Shown here: piece by piece, positions 1-9,171 of the stretch
Layout: the number at the start of each line of letters is the position of its first letter
How positions within the stretch are numbered: the first letter of the stretch is position 1
Origin: Clostridia bacterium
GTDB taxonomy: Bacteria; Bacillota; Clostridia; Christensenellales; UBA3700
NCBI GenBank assembly: GCA_029060025.1
Contig: JAIDUV010000049.1
Location: forward strand, 8,904-72,903
Reading direction: 5' to 3'
DNA: 64,000 bases
Notes under the pieces: generated by a model
Database searches by the model: none
What the model was told of the DNA's origin: nothing
The model's input: the letters and a program-made list of their open reading frames with translations, nothing else
Translations under genes and position numbers: made by a program

Positions 1-1
1 G

Positions 2-469
2 TTTAACGAAGGCTGGGGACAATTCGATTCCCTCAAAGTATGCGAATATCTCAGGAGTCTTGACAATACAAGACTGATAGACCACGCAAGCGGTTGGAGT
101 GACCAAGGCGGAGAGATAAGAAGTATACACAAATACTTCGTCAAATTCAAGATGCCGCGCAGAGAAAAACGCCCTGTATCATTGAGCGAATACGGCGGCT
201 ACGCTATGAAAGTCGACGGACATACATTTGTCGACAAAGCCTTTGGATATGCAACGTATGAAGATCAAAAGGCACTTGACGAAGCACTGAAAAATCTTTG
301 GAAGAATGAAATCATTCCCGCAAAAGAACAGGGACTGTGCGCTGCTATCTATACGCAAATGAGCGACGTACAAAGCGAAGTCAACGGCATAGTCACCTAT
401 GACCGCCAAGTAGTAAAAGTCGACGTCAAGGCGCTTAAAGCCCTCAACGACGAATTAGTTGGCAAATAA
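2..469 (+). CDS. Glycoside hydrolase family 2-like enzyme, C-terminal part (5' end outside window)
   Basis: Frame is open from the window edge (FNEGWGQFDSLKV...HASGWSDQGG) and runs into the listed 152-469 ORF (...IYTQMSDVQSEVNGIVTYDRQVVK). NEGWGQ and YTQxSDVxxEVNG strings are typical of GH2 beta-galactosidase/glucuronidase. Confidence 0.7.
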   Translation, partial: FNEGWGQFDSLKVCEYLRSLDNTRLIDHASGWSDQGGEIRSIHKYFVKFKMPRREKRPVSLSEYGGYAMKVDGHTFVDKAFGYATYEDQKALDEALKNLWKNEIIPAKEQGLCAAIYTQMSDVQSEVNGIVTYDRQVVKVDVKALKALNDELVGK

Positions 470-481
470 ATTCTCTCTTTA

Positions 482-1156
482 TTAAGTTCGGCAGTGCGTA
501 TCTTGCTCGTCTACAAACTTTATCTTGCCCTTTACCGATCTGCCGACGGCAAACGTAAGGGGCATATAAAATGCCGACATTCTTCCCCACTTGATAGACT
601 CTATCTTACCGTATGAATTGATACATACGCCGCTGTCAATAAACTTGCAAAGCACGTACTTACCGGACGCGTTGGCAAGAGTTTTTGCGCAAGATATCTT
701 TTCATTATCCGCGCCTGTGGAATTGATATTAAAAATATATCGGCACCCATTAAGCGCGCTTTGCCAAAGAGTTGGATAACAAATATCGCTGTCGACAAAT
801 ATACAAATCTTGCCCCTTGACGTACAGTACGATCTCACAGTAGACGAACCTACGTAGCCCTTTTGCGGCACGACTTCGTCACTCACGCCCAAGATGCGTC
901 CGTTGTCAATCACCATAACGCTGTTGAAAATCTTTTCGCCTATCTTGGCTCGCATAGCAACGACGACTATTACTTCCTTATCCCTGCTATACTCTATTAT
1001 ACCTTTAAAAACACTTGTCTTGCCGCTCAATTCGGCAGGCATATCAACAAGTCCTACGACCTCTCTCGTAAACAATAAAATATCGTTGGGAGAAATCATT
1101 GCGCCGTATTCTTCCATCACTTTGTCAAAATCAATATCGGAAAAGCAAAAAATCAT
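482..1156 (-). CDS. Carbon-nitrogen hydrolase (nitrilase superfamily)-like protein
   Basis: 224-aa ORF. GKICIFVDSDICYP resembles the Cys-containing active-site strand of nitrilase-superfamily enzymes. The rest is weakly diagnostic. Confidence 0.4.
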   Translation of the reverse strand: MIFCFSDIDFDKVMEEYGAMISPNDILLFTREVVGLVDMPAELSGKTSVFKGIIEYSRDKEVIVVVAMRAKIGEKIFNSVMVIDNGRILGVSDEVVPQKGYVGSSTVRSYCTSRGKICIFVDSDICYPTLWQSALNGCRYIFNINSTGADNEKISCAKTLANASGKYVLCKFIDSGVCINSYGKIESIKWGRMSAFYMPLTFAVGRSVKGKIKFVDEQDTHCRT

Positions 1157-1248
1157 ACTGCATTTTATGACGGCAATATTAAAATGGTGCTTAAATACTT
1201 ATTCACTATTCACTTTACATTTCCTTGCCGTCTTCTTGAAGATAAGGC

Positions 1249-1533
1249 TTACTCCTCTGCCCTTTCAAAACCGCAAATCTCAAGTGCTAGCCTTGCTCCG
1301 CACAAAAAGCCTTCTCTAAAGTATTGCCTGCTTATTACATCTCCAAGACACCCCTCTTCAATAGTATAGTTAAGGAATATCTCATTAAAATTTTTATCGT
1401 CACCTATATACTCCATAAGTATTCTTTCCCATTTTCCTAACTCGTCAAATTGCTTCGTATATTCGACTTCCTCAACCATTTTTTTCTCGTTTACTGAATC
1501 ATATAGACTTTGTATTATTTTTGATTGTAACAT
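1249..1533 (-). CDS. Small hypothetical protein, divergent partner of tandem-HTH XRE regulator
   Basis: 94-aa ORF with RBS aaaggag 7 nt before ATG. Acidic helical sequence ending YFREGFLCGARLALEI. No family I can name confidently. Confidence 0.5.
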   Translation of the reverse strand: MLQSKIIQSLYDSVNEKKMVEEVEYTKQFDELGKWERILMEYIGDDKNFNEIFLNYTIEEGCLGDVISRQYFREGFLCGARLALEICGFERAEE

Positions 1534-1546
1534 AATGTAACTCCTT

Positions 1547-1620
1547 TACTATTTGCACCGATTGGTAATATTATACGGTGCAAATAGTAAAATGTCAATT
1601 GTTTATTGGTGCAAATAGTG
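1547..1620. promoter_or_regulatory. Operator candidate: three copies of 13-mer GGTGCAAATAGT(A/G)
   Basis: TACTATTTGCACC (1547-1559) and GGTGCAAATAGTA (1577-1589) form a perfect 13-bp inverted repeat with a 17-bp spacer. A third copy, GGTGCAAATAGTG, lies at 1608-1620. All sit in the divergent promoter gap. Confidence 0.6.
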
Positions 1621-1633
1621 AGAAAATTTATAT

Positions 1634-2083
1634 ATGGAAGCAAAATTTACGTCAAATATTAAAAAAATACGAAAAGATTTCAACGTATCTCAAACACAAC
1701 TCGCTAAAGAGATTGGTTTTAGTCACGGTATAATAAGTTTATGGGAAAGCGGATTACGTATTCCAAGCGCTGACGCAATTATAATACTATCTCGTTATTT
1801 TCAAGTAAGCGCTGACTATTTATTAAAAGTTACCGAAGATAGTACTATGTTGCATCGCGCAGACGATTTTGTCATTGACGTGACAATATTTAATAAAAGA
1901 CTAAAAGAATTGAGGACAAATAAGAATCTATCTCAAGAACAACTTGCTAAAAGAGCAGGTCTAACCAAAACTTCTATCAACCACTGGGAAAACGGTAAGT
2001 GTCAACCCAATGCAAATGCAATAGTCGCTCTCGCCCGCTACTTTGACGTTTCGACCGATTATCTTTTAGGCGAAACGGACTAG
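1634..2083 (+). CDS. XRE-family transcriptional regulator with two tandem HTH domains
   Basis: 149 aa with two Cro/C1-type HTH units (SQTQLAKEIGFSHGIISLWESG...YFQVSADYLL and SQEQLAKRAGLTKTSINHWENG...YFDVSTDYLLG). Ends with TAG. Confidence 0.85.
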   Translation: MEAKFTSNIKKIRKDFNVSQTQLAKEIGFSHGIISLWESGLRIPSADAIIILSRYFQVSADYLLKVTEDSTMLHRADDFVIDVTIFNKRLKELRTNKNLSQEQLAKRAGLTKTSINHWENGKCQPNANAIVALARYFDVSTDYLLGETD

Positions 2084-2114
2084 ACGTTTTTACAATCTCA
2101 ACCAACCTTTTAAC

Positions 2115-2152
2115 GTCATTTCGACTGAAGCGAAGCGCAATGGAGAAATCTC
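2115..2152 (+). repeat. REP-like unit, long form (type A)
   Basis: gtcatttcgactgaagcgaagcgcaatggagaaatctc. Same 37-38-nt unit at 7182, 26954, 30712, 33614, 38590, 57366. Confidence 0.85.
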
Positions 2153-2174
2153 AAACCTTATATTAAATAAAACT

Positions 2175-2208
2175 AAAAGATGCTGTCACTTTTATGACAG
2201 CATCTTTT
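2175..2208. terminator. Bidirectional rho-independent terminator between convergent XRE gene and metA
   Basis: Perfect 14-bp stem AAAAGATGCTGTCA / TGACAGCATCTTTT with 6-nt loop. A/T runs are built into both arms. Confidence 0.8.
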
Positions 2209-2221
2209 GCATATTTACTAA

Positions 2222-3133
2222 TTATTCCTCGTCAAAAGAGTACGGCGTAACTTGATATACGTAATAGTTGAGCCAATTGTTGAAAAGCAAATAAGCCGTA
2301 CTTCTCCAAGATAAATTTATATTATACAGTCCGTCGTCCTCAAAATAGTTGGCAGGTTTTTGAATATCCAGCCCCTTGTCCACGTCGCGCAGATATTCTT
2401 TCTTCAAAGTCGTACGGTCGTATTCGCTATGTCCCATAAAGAAAAATCTCTTATTGTCCAGGCTTTTTATTATGGCAATGCCGCACTCTTTGCCGCTTGC
2501 AAGTACCTTTAAGTTGGAGATACTCCTCAACTTATCTTCGTCAATATCAGTATGACGCGACATAGGAATAAACATACTGTCATTCATACCTTTGAGCAAC
2601 AAGTCGTACTTATCCTCCGCTCTAACTTCATAGATACCAAAGAGTTTAGAATCACGAGCGCGTTTCGTCACGCCATAGTGGTGATACAATCCCGCTTGCG
2701 CTCCCCAACAGATATGTATCGTCGAAGTCACGTGCGAGTCTGACCAATCCATAATCTCGCTCAACTCTTTCCAGTACGCAACTTCTTCAAATCCCATCTG
2801 CTCAACCGGCGCGCCGGTGATAATCATACCGTCAAAATGCCTATCCTTAATCTCGTCAAAGACCTTATAAAATCTATGCATATGACTTTGAGGCGTATTC
2901 TTGGAGATATAAGTATCCATATTGACAAGCGTAACGTTGATTTGCAACGACGAATTGCCGAGCAATCGCATAAGTTGCGTCTCCGTGTCAATTTTTGTAG
3001 GCATAAGATTGACGATCGCAATCTCAATCGGTCTTATATCTTGGCTTACCGCCCTTTCGCTCGGCATAACAAAAATTTTCTCTTTGGTAAGCACGTCAAA
3101 AGCCGGTAGGTCTTTTGGTATTACTATTGGCAT
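2222..3133 (-). CDS. metA: Homoserine O-acyltransferase (MetA family)
   Basis: 303 aa. MPIVIPKDLPAFDVLTKEKIFVM N-terminus and IHICWGAQAGLYHHYG catalytic-Cys region are typical of MetA. Lies directly downstream of metY. Confidence 0.9.
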   Translation of the reverse strand: MPIVIPKDLPAFDVLTKEKIFVMPSERAVSQDIRPIEIAIVNLMPTKIDTETQLMRLLGNSSLQINVTLVNMDTYISKNTPQSHMHRFYKVFDEIKDRHFDGMIITGAPVEQMGFEEVAYWKELSEIMDWSDSHVTSTIHICWGAQAGLYHHYGVTKRARDSKLFGIYEVRAEDKYDLLLKGMNDSMFIPMSRHTDIDEDKLRSISNLKVLASGKECGIAIIKSLDNKRFFFMGHSEYDRTTLKKEYLRDVDKGLDIQKPANYFEDDGLYNINLSWRSTAYLLFNNWLNYYVYQVTPYSFDEE

Positions 3134-3170
3134 ATTAACTCCTTTTGCAGACTTGCAAAATTTTTCCTTA

Positions 3171-4454
3171 TTATTTATCTAAACTGTCCAACGCCTGTTT
3201 TACGTCAGCAATCAAATCGTCGGCGTTTTCTATTCCCACCGAAAGTCTTATGAGTTCCGGAGATACTCCTGCGCTCTCAAGTTCTTTATCATTCATTTGG
3301 CGATGCGTTGCGCTTGCAGGGTGCAGACAACAACTGCGCGCGTCTGCTACGTGCGTCTCTATTGCGATAACCTTGAGACGTTTCATAACCTCTTCTGCGG
3401 CTTTTCTGCCGCCCTTAACGCCAAAACTCAACACTCCGCAAGAGCCGTTGGGCAAATACTTCTTAGCAAGTTGATAGTCTTTATCCCCCTCGAGATTGGG
3501 ATACTTGACCCACTCGACATTCTTGTGGCTTTGCAAAAACTGCGCTATTTTCAAAGCATTGGAGCAATGTCTCTCCATTCTTACGGCAAGGCTTTCAAGT
3601 CCGAGATTGAGTATGTAAGCGTTTTGCGGAGACTGAATAGACCCAAAGTCTCTCATAAGTTGAGCGGTTGCTTTGGTAATAAAGGCTCCGGCAAGTCCAA
3701 ACCTCTCGGTATATGTCACTCCGTGATAACTCTCGTCGGGAGTGCAAAGTCCCGGGAATTTATCCGGATATTTCGTCCAGTCGAATTTGCCGCTGTCCAC
3801 GATTGCTCCGCCAACGCCAGCGCCGTGTCCGTCCATATACTTTGTCGTGGAGTGCGTGACTATGTCTGCGCCCCATTCAAAAGGTCTGCAATTTATCGGC
3901 GTGGCAAAAGTATTGTCCACGACGAGCGGTACGCCGTGCGCGTGCGCCGCCTTTGCAAATCTCTCTATATCAAATACCACTATTGCAGGATTTGCGATTG
4001 TCTCGCCAAATACCGCCTTGGTGTTGGGTCTGAAAGCCTTTTGGAGTTCTTCATCCGTACAGTCGGGTTTAACAAACGTAAATTCAACACCCATTCTCTT
4101 CATAGTGACGGCAAAAAGATTGTACGTTCCGCCGTATATCGTCGACGACGCGACTACGTGGTCTCCGCAACCTGCGATATTGAATATTGCATAAAAGTTG
4201 GCTGCTTGTCCGGAAGAAGTCAACATTGCTGCGCTTCCGCCCTCGAGTTCGCATATCTTTTGCGCAACGTAGTCGTTGGTTGGATTTTGAAGACGGGTAT
4301 AAAAATATCCGCTTGCCTCAAGGTCAAACAACTTTGCCATTGCTTCGCTTGTGTCGTATTTAAATGTCGTGCTTTGAATTATTGGCACCTGTCTAGGTTC
4401 GCCGTTGCCGGGTCTATATCCGCCCTGTACGCATATTGTTTCGATTTTGCTCAT
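3171..4454 (-). CDS. metY: O-acetylhomoserine sulfhydrylase (PLP-dependent Cys/Met metabolism family)
   Basis: 427 aa. QSTTFKYD, SSGQAA and HSTTKYMDGHG (PLP-lysine motif). RBS aaaggag. Confidence 0.9.
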   Translation of the reverse strand: MSKIETICVQGGYRPGNGEPRQVPIIQSTTFKYDTSEAMAKLFDLEASGYFYTRLQNPTNDYVAQKICELEGGSAAMLTSSGQAANFYAIFNIAGCGDHVVASSTIYGGTYNLFAVTMKRMGVEFTFVKPDCTDEELQKAFRPNTKAVFGETIANPAIVVFDIERFAKAAHAHGVPLVVDNTFATPINCRPFEWGADIVTHSTTKYMDGHGAGVGGAIVDSGKFDWTKYPDKFPGLCTPDESYHGVTYTERFGLAGAFITKATAQLMRDFGSIQSPQNAYILNLGLESLAVRMERHCSNALKIAQFLQSHKNVEWVKYPNLEGDKDYQLAKKYLPNGSCGVLSFGVKGGRKAAEEVMKRLKVIAIETHVADARSCCLHPASATHRQMNDKELESAGVSPELIRLSVGIENADDLIADVKQALDSLDK

Positions 4455-4489
4455 ATTGCAACTCCTTTGGTAAGTTAAACTTTATATCT

Positions 4490-4520
4490 AGATTTCTCAA
4501 CCTTGCGTAAGTATCGTCAC
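4490..4520 (-). repeat. REP-like unit, degenerate, reverse orientation
   Basis: Reverse complement gtgacgatacttacgcaaggttgagaaatct matches the family tail, and its head resembles the gtcac...cttacgagc variant. Confidence 0.55.
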
Positions 4521-4571
4521 ATTGTTGATTATTATCTCAAGTGTGAGCATTACATTGCGAACGTGAATATC

Positions 4572-4598
4572 GTCATTCCGAGCGCAGTCGAGAAATCT
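4572..4598 (+). repeat. REP-like unit, short form (type A)
   Basis: gtcattccgagcgcagtcgagaaatct. The 27-nt form recurs at 9948, 12185, 26904 and at the end of the composites at 9172 and 23265. Confidence 0.85.
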
Positions 4599-4604
4599 AA
4601 TAAA

Positions 4605-5063
4605 TTATCTATATTCTTTGACGGCTCTGTCAATCTGTCTTTTCGCCTCTCTGTCTGCGATAGACTTTCGTTTGTCGTGCAACTCCTTGCCTTTTGCAAG
4701 TCCAACTTCCACCTTGACAAGTCCTTGACGGAAATAAATCTTGGTAGGCACGATAGTATACGACTTTTGCGTAACTGCGCCGCGCAGTTTGTCTATCTCT
4801 TTTTTGTGCAAAAGCAACTTGCGAGGACGCTTGGCGTCGACGTTGAAATAACTGCCTTTCTCATAAGGCTTTATATGCGCATTCATTAAGAAAACTTCTC
4901 CGCCTTTGACAATGCAAAAACTGTCTTTGAGATTGACTTGTCCCGCCCTTATTGACTTGACTTCGCAGCCGACCAAAGCAATACCCGCCTCATAGGTATC
5001 TTCTATGAAGTAATCAAAATAGGCTTTCTTGTTATTGTCGATTATCTTTATTCCGTCAGCCAT
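4605..5063 (-). CDS. smpB: SsrA-binding protein SmpB
   Basis: 152 aa. [38 protein letters not shown] is the canonical SmpB core. Confidence 0.95.
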   Translation of the reverse strand: MADGIKIIDNNKKAYFDYFIEDTYEAGIALVGCEVKSIRAGQVNLKDSFCIVKGGEVFLMNAHIKPYEKGSYFNVDAKRPRKLLLHKKEIDKLRGAVTQKSYTIVPTKIYFRQGLVKVEVGLAKGKELHDKRKSIADREAKRQIDRAVKEYR

Positions 5064-5146
5064 AAAGTTCTCCTTTTGCTATTATATCATATAATGAATA
5101 AATTGTTTATTATTTTTATATATTTTGTATTCGACGCTTTATTTAA

Positions 5147-5259
5147 CCCTAAAATAGCGAATTTTGATGATATTTTTATCGACGGTTGAGTGATAGCGTA
5201 CTTGCCGTACGCGCGCGAGACCGCTCGATAACAAATAGCGCAAAAGGCGCATTTTAGGC
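5147..5259 (-). repeat. Possible diverged third copy of the ~215-nt hairpin-rich element
   Basis: 5150-5165 is the same 16-mer (minus strand AAAATTCGCTATTTTA) as 35741-35756. 5196-5212 carries GCGTAC[ggcaa]GTACGC, like the CGTAC-loop-GTACG hairpin of the element, at similar spacing. The outer arms CCTAAAAT(A)GCG / CGCATTTTAGG can pair. Confidence 0.35.
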
Positions 5260-5262
5260 AAT

Positions 5263-5304
5263 AAAAAAATCGCCTTTGACTTTTTTCATCAATGTCTCAG
5301 GCGA
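5263..5304 (-). terminator. Putative terminator of secG
   Basis: Minus strand: TCGCCTgaGAC...GTCaaAGGCGA followed by TTTTTTT. Confidence 0.45.
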
Positions 5305-5328
5305 AAACTTTATCTTTTTAGATGCGAC

Positions 5329-5625
5329 TTATCTTTGAATAAACGTAATGAAGAAGAAAATCGCAAGCACTGCTAAAATTACTGCAAACGCAACCGTCAA
5401 CTTCTTCAAGATACTCTCTTTTGATTTCGCCTTATTCTTTTTGGAATAAGAGTCCATCTCTTGACCGCCGAGGACACCGATATTTTCATTTTGTGGCTTT
5501 TGCATCATTACGACAACCACTTCGGCAATTCCCAATACGAGACACAATGCCATTATAAGCGGTCTAAGCCAACTTGTTATATTAGGTTGGAAGATAGCCT
5601 CTCCCAGCAACATTATATAGTTCAT
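5329..5625 (-). CDS. secG: Preprotein translocase subunit SecG (probable)
   Basis: 98 aa with two TM segments. VVVVMMQKPQNENIGVLGG resembles the SecG LLQxGKGxGxxxxFGG loop. GGAGG RBS. Neighbours smpB, as in many Firmicutes. Confidence 0.6.
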   Translation of the reverse strand: MNYIMLLGEAIFQPNITSWLRPLIMALCLVLGIAEVVVVMMQKPQNENIGVLGGQEMDSYSKKNKAKSKESILKKLTVAFAVILAVLAIFFFITFIQR

Positions 5626-5808
5626 TTTTTACCTCCGTCGATATGACTGCCATATTATAATAACATATCAATTTAAAAAACACAACGATTTTTAACAAAA
5701 ATTTCTCACACAAAAATAACGCCCCTCATAGTATGAAATATAAACGTAACATACTCAATGCCGCTCCAGGCAAATTACGATTTTGTAAAACAAAAAGGAG
5801 ATACATAA

Positions 5809-6300
5809 ATGAACGGTAATTATGCTGTAGACACCCCGTACCCGCCGGTGCGAGGCACGTGCAATCACTGCGAAATGAAAATGCTTATGGATCTATATTC
5901 CGGGCGTACCGGCGAACTGACGTCCACCACTCAATATCTTTACGAACATTACGTAATTGACGGAATCGACGAAGATATTGCAAAATGCGTGTTGGGAATT
6001 GCCAAAGTCGAGATGATACACCACGCCTTGCTTGGCGAAGCAATAGTAAAGATGGGCGGAGACCCCATTATGGGCGGTAGCACCTGCTTTTGGTCGGGCT
6101 CTAATCTAAAATATACGCAAAATCCTATTTGCTTTTTGCAAAACTCCCTCGCGTCCGAACAACTTGCGGTGAGCAACTATAGACGCGCTGCCGCCTGCAT
6201 AAACAACGCGTCGCTGAGCGAACTTTGTCTACGTATTGCTCAAGACGAAGAATTGCATATAGAGATACTCGACGAATTGCTGGAAAAACTCAACTGCTAA
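5809..6300 (+). CDS. Ferritin-like / manganese-catalase-family protein (CotJC-like)
   Basis: 163 aa. GELTSTTQYLYEHY...AKVEMIHHALLG...EQLAVSNYRR...DEELHIE follows the four-helix-bundle metal-ligand pattern of CotJC/Mn-catalase-like proteins. Confidence 0.6.
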   Translation: MNGNYAVDTPYPPVRGTCNHCEMKMLMDLYSGRTGELTSTTQYLYEHYVIDGIDEDIAKCVLGIAKVEMIHHALLGEAIVKMGGDPIMGGSTCFWSGSNLKYTQNPICFLQNSLASEQLAVSNYRRAAACINNASLSELCLRIAQDEELHIEILDELLEKLNC

Positions 6301-6315
6301 TATCCCACGCGATAA

Positions 6316-7113
6316 TTACGTCTTGTCGGTATGCGTATTCTTAAGACGCTGTTGCCTAAGCCAGATACCCATCATACACCTTTGCGGCAACATCTTAGCA
6401 ACCAAATGCGAAACCTTGGTGTAAAGTCCGTATACCGATATATCTTTTGACTTCTTCGCGTCCTTGACAGCCTTCTTAGCAACGACGTCGGGATAGACTA
6501 TATGCGGAAAGACTCTCGTCCCCTTTTCGCCCTTAACGATTGCTCTCTCAATAAGCCTCGTCTGCATCCAACCGGGACACACAGCCGTCGCGACTATGCC
6601 CTTGCTCTTCAATTCCACGTTGAGCGCTCTCGTATAATTGCGAACAAAGGCTTTTGTAGAACTGTATATATTCTGATACGGCAAGGGTTGAAAGGACGCT
6701 TGCGACGCCATATTGATTATATGTCCGCCCTTTTGCATATACGGCAGACATATAAGTCCCATTGCGACGAGAGCGCTTATATTGAGATCTATCATATTTA
6801 TCGAAGTATATCTGTCTATTCCGCCGTAATCGCAGAACTTGGCGAAACCTGCGCAATTGACGAGCCATTTGACGTCGACGTCTTCGCTGATAATGAGCGC
6901 CTCGATAATGTCAAGATTTTTCCTGTCGGTCAAGTCCATTGCAAACACGCGCACTCGCCCTTTGTCGGCTTCTTTGACGTCTTTGAGCCTCTCCTCGTTG
7001 CGGCCGATTGCCCATAATTCGTCAAGTCCTTGTTCTTTCAACATCAATTTCAAAAACTCATAACCTATACCGCTGCTTGCTCCGGTAATGATTGCTATAT
7101 TCTTTTTGTCCAT
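6316..7113 (-). CDS. Short-chain dehydrogenase/reductase (SDR) family oxidoreductase
   Basis: 265 aa. TGASSGIG cofactor motif and YSSTK (YxxxK) catalytic motif. Confidence 0.85.
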   Translation of the reverse strand: MDKKNIAIITGASSGIGYEFLKLMLKEQGLDELWAIGRNEERLKDVKEADKGRVRVFAMDLTDRKNLDIIEALIISEDVDVKWLVNCAGFAKFCDYGGIDRYTSINMIDLNISALVAMGLICLPYMQKGGHIINMASQASFQPLPYQNIYSSTKAFVRNYTRALNVELKSKGIVATAVCPGWMQTRLIERAIVKGEKGTRVFPHIVYPDVVAKKAVKDAKKSKDISVYGLYTKVSHLVAKMLPQRCMMGIWLRQQRLKNTHTDKT

Positions 7114-7181
7114 ATATCACCTTTTTGTTTTTCTCTCACAATTATTGCCATATTGCAAAAATTATATCCTTTTATACCGTA

Positions 7182-7219
7182 GAGATTTCTCCATTACGCT
7201 TTGCTGCAGCCGATATGAC
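7182..7219 (-). repeat. REP-like unit, long form, reverse orientation
   Basis: Reverse complement is gtcatatcggctgcagcaaagcgtaatggagaaatctc. Confidence 0.8.
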
Positions 7220-7230
7220 AAGATAAAAAA

Positions 7231-7285
7231 ATAGATAATAGAATAATGAATATTGTCGGTAATTCATCTACATTCTATTATCTAT
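7231..7285. terminator. Long AT-rich hairpin (possible bidirectional terminator)
   Basis: Perfect 14-bp arms ATAGATAATAGAAT / ATTCTATTATCTAT with an inner ATGAAT / ATTCAT pair. Lies between the SDR start region and the phosphoglucomutase 3' end. Confidence 0.4.
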
Positions 7286-7313
7286 TACTTTTATCTATTA
7301 TTTATTATTTATT

Positions 7314-9056
7314 TTACACCATACTCTCTATTGCGCTTTGCAACTTCTTATTGCGCTCCACGCTCTTTTGCTTTGTTTCGGCTTTTGTCGACACGTAAAT
7401 CTTAAGTTTAGGTTCTGTACCGCTCGGACGTATGCAAAGCCATTCGTCGTCACCGAACTCATACTTGATTACGTTGGCAGACGGCAAATCCGTCGTCTCA
7501 ATCCTGCAGTCTTCAAAGTATTTGACCATACCTGCTTCCAAGTCAAGTTTGCTTATCATAGGCACGCCCGCGACTTCGCTCAAGTCTGTGTCTTTGAATT
7601 TCTTCATAATATTTGCCATCTGCTCCATACCGTCCAAGCCCTTGAAAGCAATGGACTTACTGCTCTCGACGAAATATCCAAACCTTTCAAACAATGAGTT
7701 GAGTTTGTCAAAAAGCGAAATGTTTTTGAAAGTATAATAGCAAGCCATCTCTGCAAAAAGCATACTTGCGACGACAGCGTCCTTGTCTCTTGCGTGAGTA
7801 CCAGAAAGATATCCGTAACTCTCTTCATATCCAAACATAAAGGTATGTTTGCCGTTTTGCTCCCATTCTTTTATCTTTTCGCCTATAAACTTAAAGCCTG
7901 TCAGCACGTCGAATACAGTTGCGCCGTAACTCTTGGCAATCTTGTCTGCAAGACGCGTCGTAACTATCGTCTTTACGACTGCGCTATTTTTAGGCAAAGT
8001 ACCCATTTCCTTATGGCGGGCAAGTATGTAGTCCATAAGCATTGCGCCAATCTGATTGCCGTTGAGGAGGATAAATTCGCCCTTGTCGTCTCTTATTGCA
8101 ATACCCATTCTGTCGCAGTCCGGGTCAGTGCCTATGACTATATCACTACCCAATTTATTTGCAAGGTCAATACCCATCTTGAGCGCGTCGGGCTGTTCGG
8201 GATTGGGCATAACGACGGTGGAAAACTCCGTATCAGGATATTTCTGCTCTTCTACCACTGACACGTTTATCCCCATTCTCGCAAGCATAGTAGTCACAGG
8301 TACGAATCCCGAGCCGTGTATCGGCGAATAAACTATCTTGATATCCTTGCCTACTTTCTCCACAGCCTCTTTGGACAGAGACAACCTGGAAATCGTGTCA
8401 TAATATTTATCGTCAAGGCTCTTGCCAATGACTGTGATATGCTCGCTCAAAGCAAAGTTGTCTTTGCCTTCTATATCTTTGTGGCAGGTCGTCTTGACGT
8501 CCTCTTGCGCCAATCCGAAATACGGCGTCTTTTGAATAAACTCGACCACGCCTGCGGTAGCCTCGGGAGACATCTGCGCTCCGTCCTCTCCGTATACTTT
8601 ATATCCGTTGTACTCCTTTGGATTGTGACTTGCGGTAATCATAATACCTGCGATACAATTCAATTCTCTCACGGCAAAAGAACACATAGGCACCGGCCTT
8701 ACGTTTTCAAACAACGAAACCTTGATACCGTTTGCGCCCAATATTTTTGCCGACGTCAACGCAAATTCAAATGACATACGCCTGGTGTCGTAAGAAATGA
8801 CAACGCCTCTTTTTGCCTCGTCACCACCAAGCGAATTTATGTAATCACTCAAGCCCTTGGTTGCTCTTGCGACAGTATATTCGTTCATATTGGAGATACC
8901 CATACAAATAGTACCTCTCATTCCTGCCGTACCAAACGCCAACGGCAACGTAAATCTCTCTTTGATTTCCTTTTCGTCGGAAGATATTGCTAAAAGTTCC
9001 TGCTTTTGCTCTTGGCTGACGTTGTCCAACCATTCTTTGTAATTGTCTTGATACAT
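7314..9056 (-). CDS. Phosphoglucomutase / phosphomannomutase family protein
   Basis: 580 aa. TASHNPKEYNGYKVY (phosphoserine loop), GTDPDCDR (metal loop), GYEESYGY. Confidence 0.9.
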   Translation of the reverse strand: MYQDNYKEWLDNVSQEQKQELLAISSDEKEIKERFTLPLAFGTAGMRGTICMGISNMNEYTVARATKGLSDYINSLGGDEAKRGVVISYDTRRMSFEFALTSAKILGANGIKVSLFENVRPVPMCSFAVRELNCIAGIMITASHNPKEYNGYKVYGEDGAQMSPEATAGVVEFIQKTPYFGLAQEDVKTTCHKDIEGKDNFALSEHITVIGKSLDDKYYDTISRLSLSKEAVEKVGKDIKIVYSPIHGSGFVPVTTMLARMGINVSVVEEQKYPDTEFSTVVMPNPEQPDALKMGIDLANKLGSDIVIGTDPDCDRMGIAIRDDKGEFILLNGNQIGAMLMDYILARHKEMGTLPKNSAVVKTIVTTRLADKIAKSYGATVFDVLTGFKFIGEKIKEWEQNGKHTFMFGYEESYGYLSGTHARDKDAVVASMLFAEMACYYTFKNISLFDKLNSLFERFGYFVESSKSIAFKGLDGMEQMANIMKKFKDTDLSEVAGVPMISKLDLEAGMVKYFEDCRIETTDLPSANVIKYEFGDDEWLCIRPSGTEPKLKIYVSTKAETKQKSVERNKKLQSAIESMV

Positions 9057-9126
9057 ATATACCTCTTATTGCCGTCTTGTCGGCTTAATTTTATATTTGT
9101 GATTTTGACTTATTCTATGTTCTATT

Positions 9127-9156
9127 ATCATCTCGACCGTAGTGGAGATTTATCTC
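9127..9156 (+). repeat. REP-like unit, middle form
   Basis: atcatctcgaccgtagtggagatttatctc. Compare gtcatctcgaccgtagtggagagatct at 23355. Confidence 0.75.
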
Positions 9157-9171
9157 TATCCTTTTTATTCT

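Noticed and set aside
3297-4478. Very long antisense ORFs: 393 aa opposite metY. Others are 369 aa at 59934-61043, 306 aa at 54342-55262, 234 aa at 23614-24318, 221 aa at 13305-13970 and 208 aa at 35951-36577.
   Set aside because: Each lies fully inside a gene with strong family motifs on the other strand. Their products are Arg/Cys/Phe/Leu-rich and lack RBSs and motifs. Long shadow ORFs are an expected by-product of the codon usage of the sense gene.
4455-4604. An expected SAM (S-box) riboswitch upstream of metY, or tmRNA (ssrA) downstream of smpB.
   Set aside because: The 150-nt gap contains only two REP-like units. I found no S-box core strings, and the gap is too short for the ~350-nt tmRNA. 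Both must lie elsewhere or regulation differs here. RNase R (rnr), often found between secG and smpB, is also absent.
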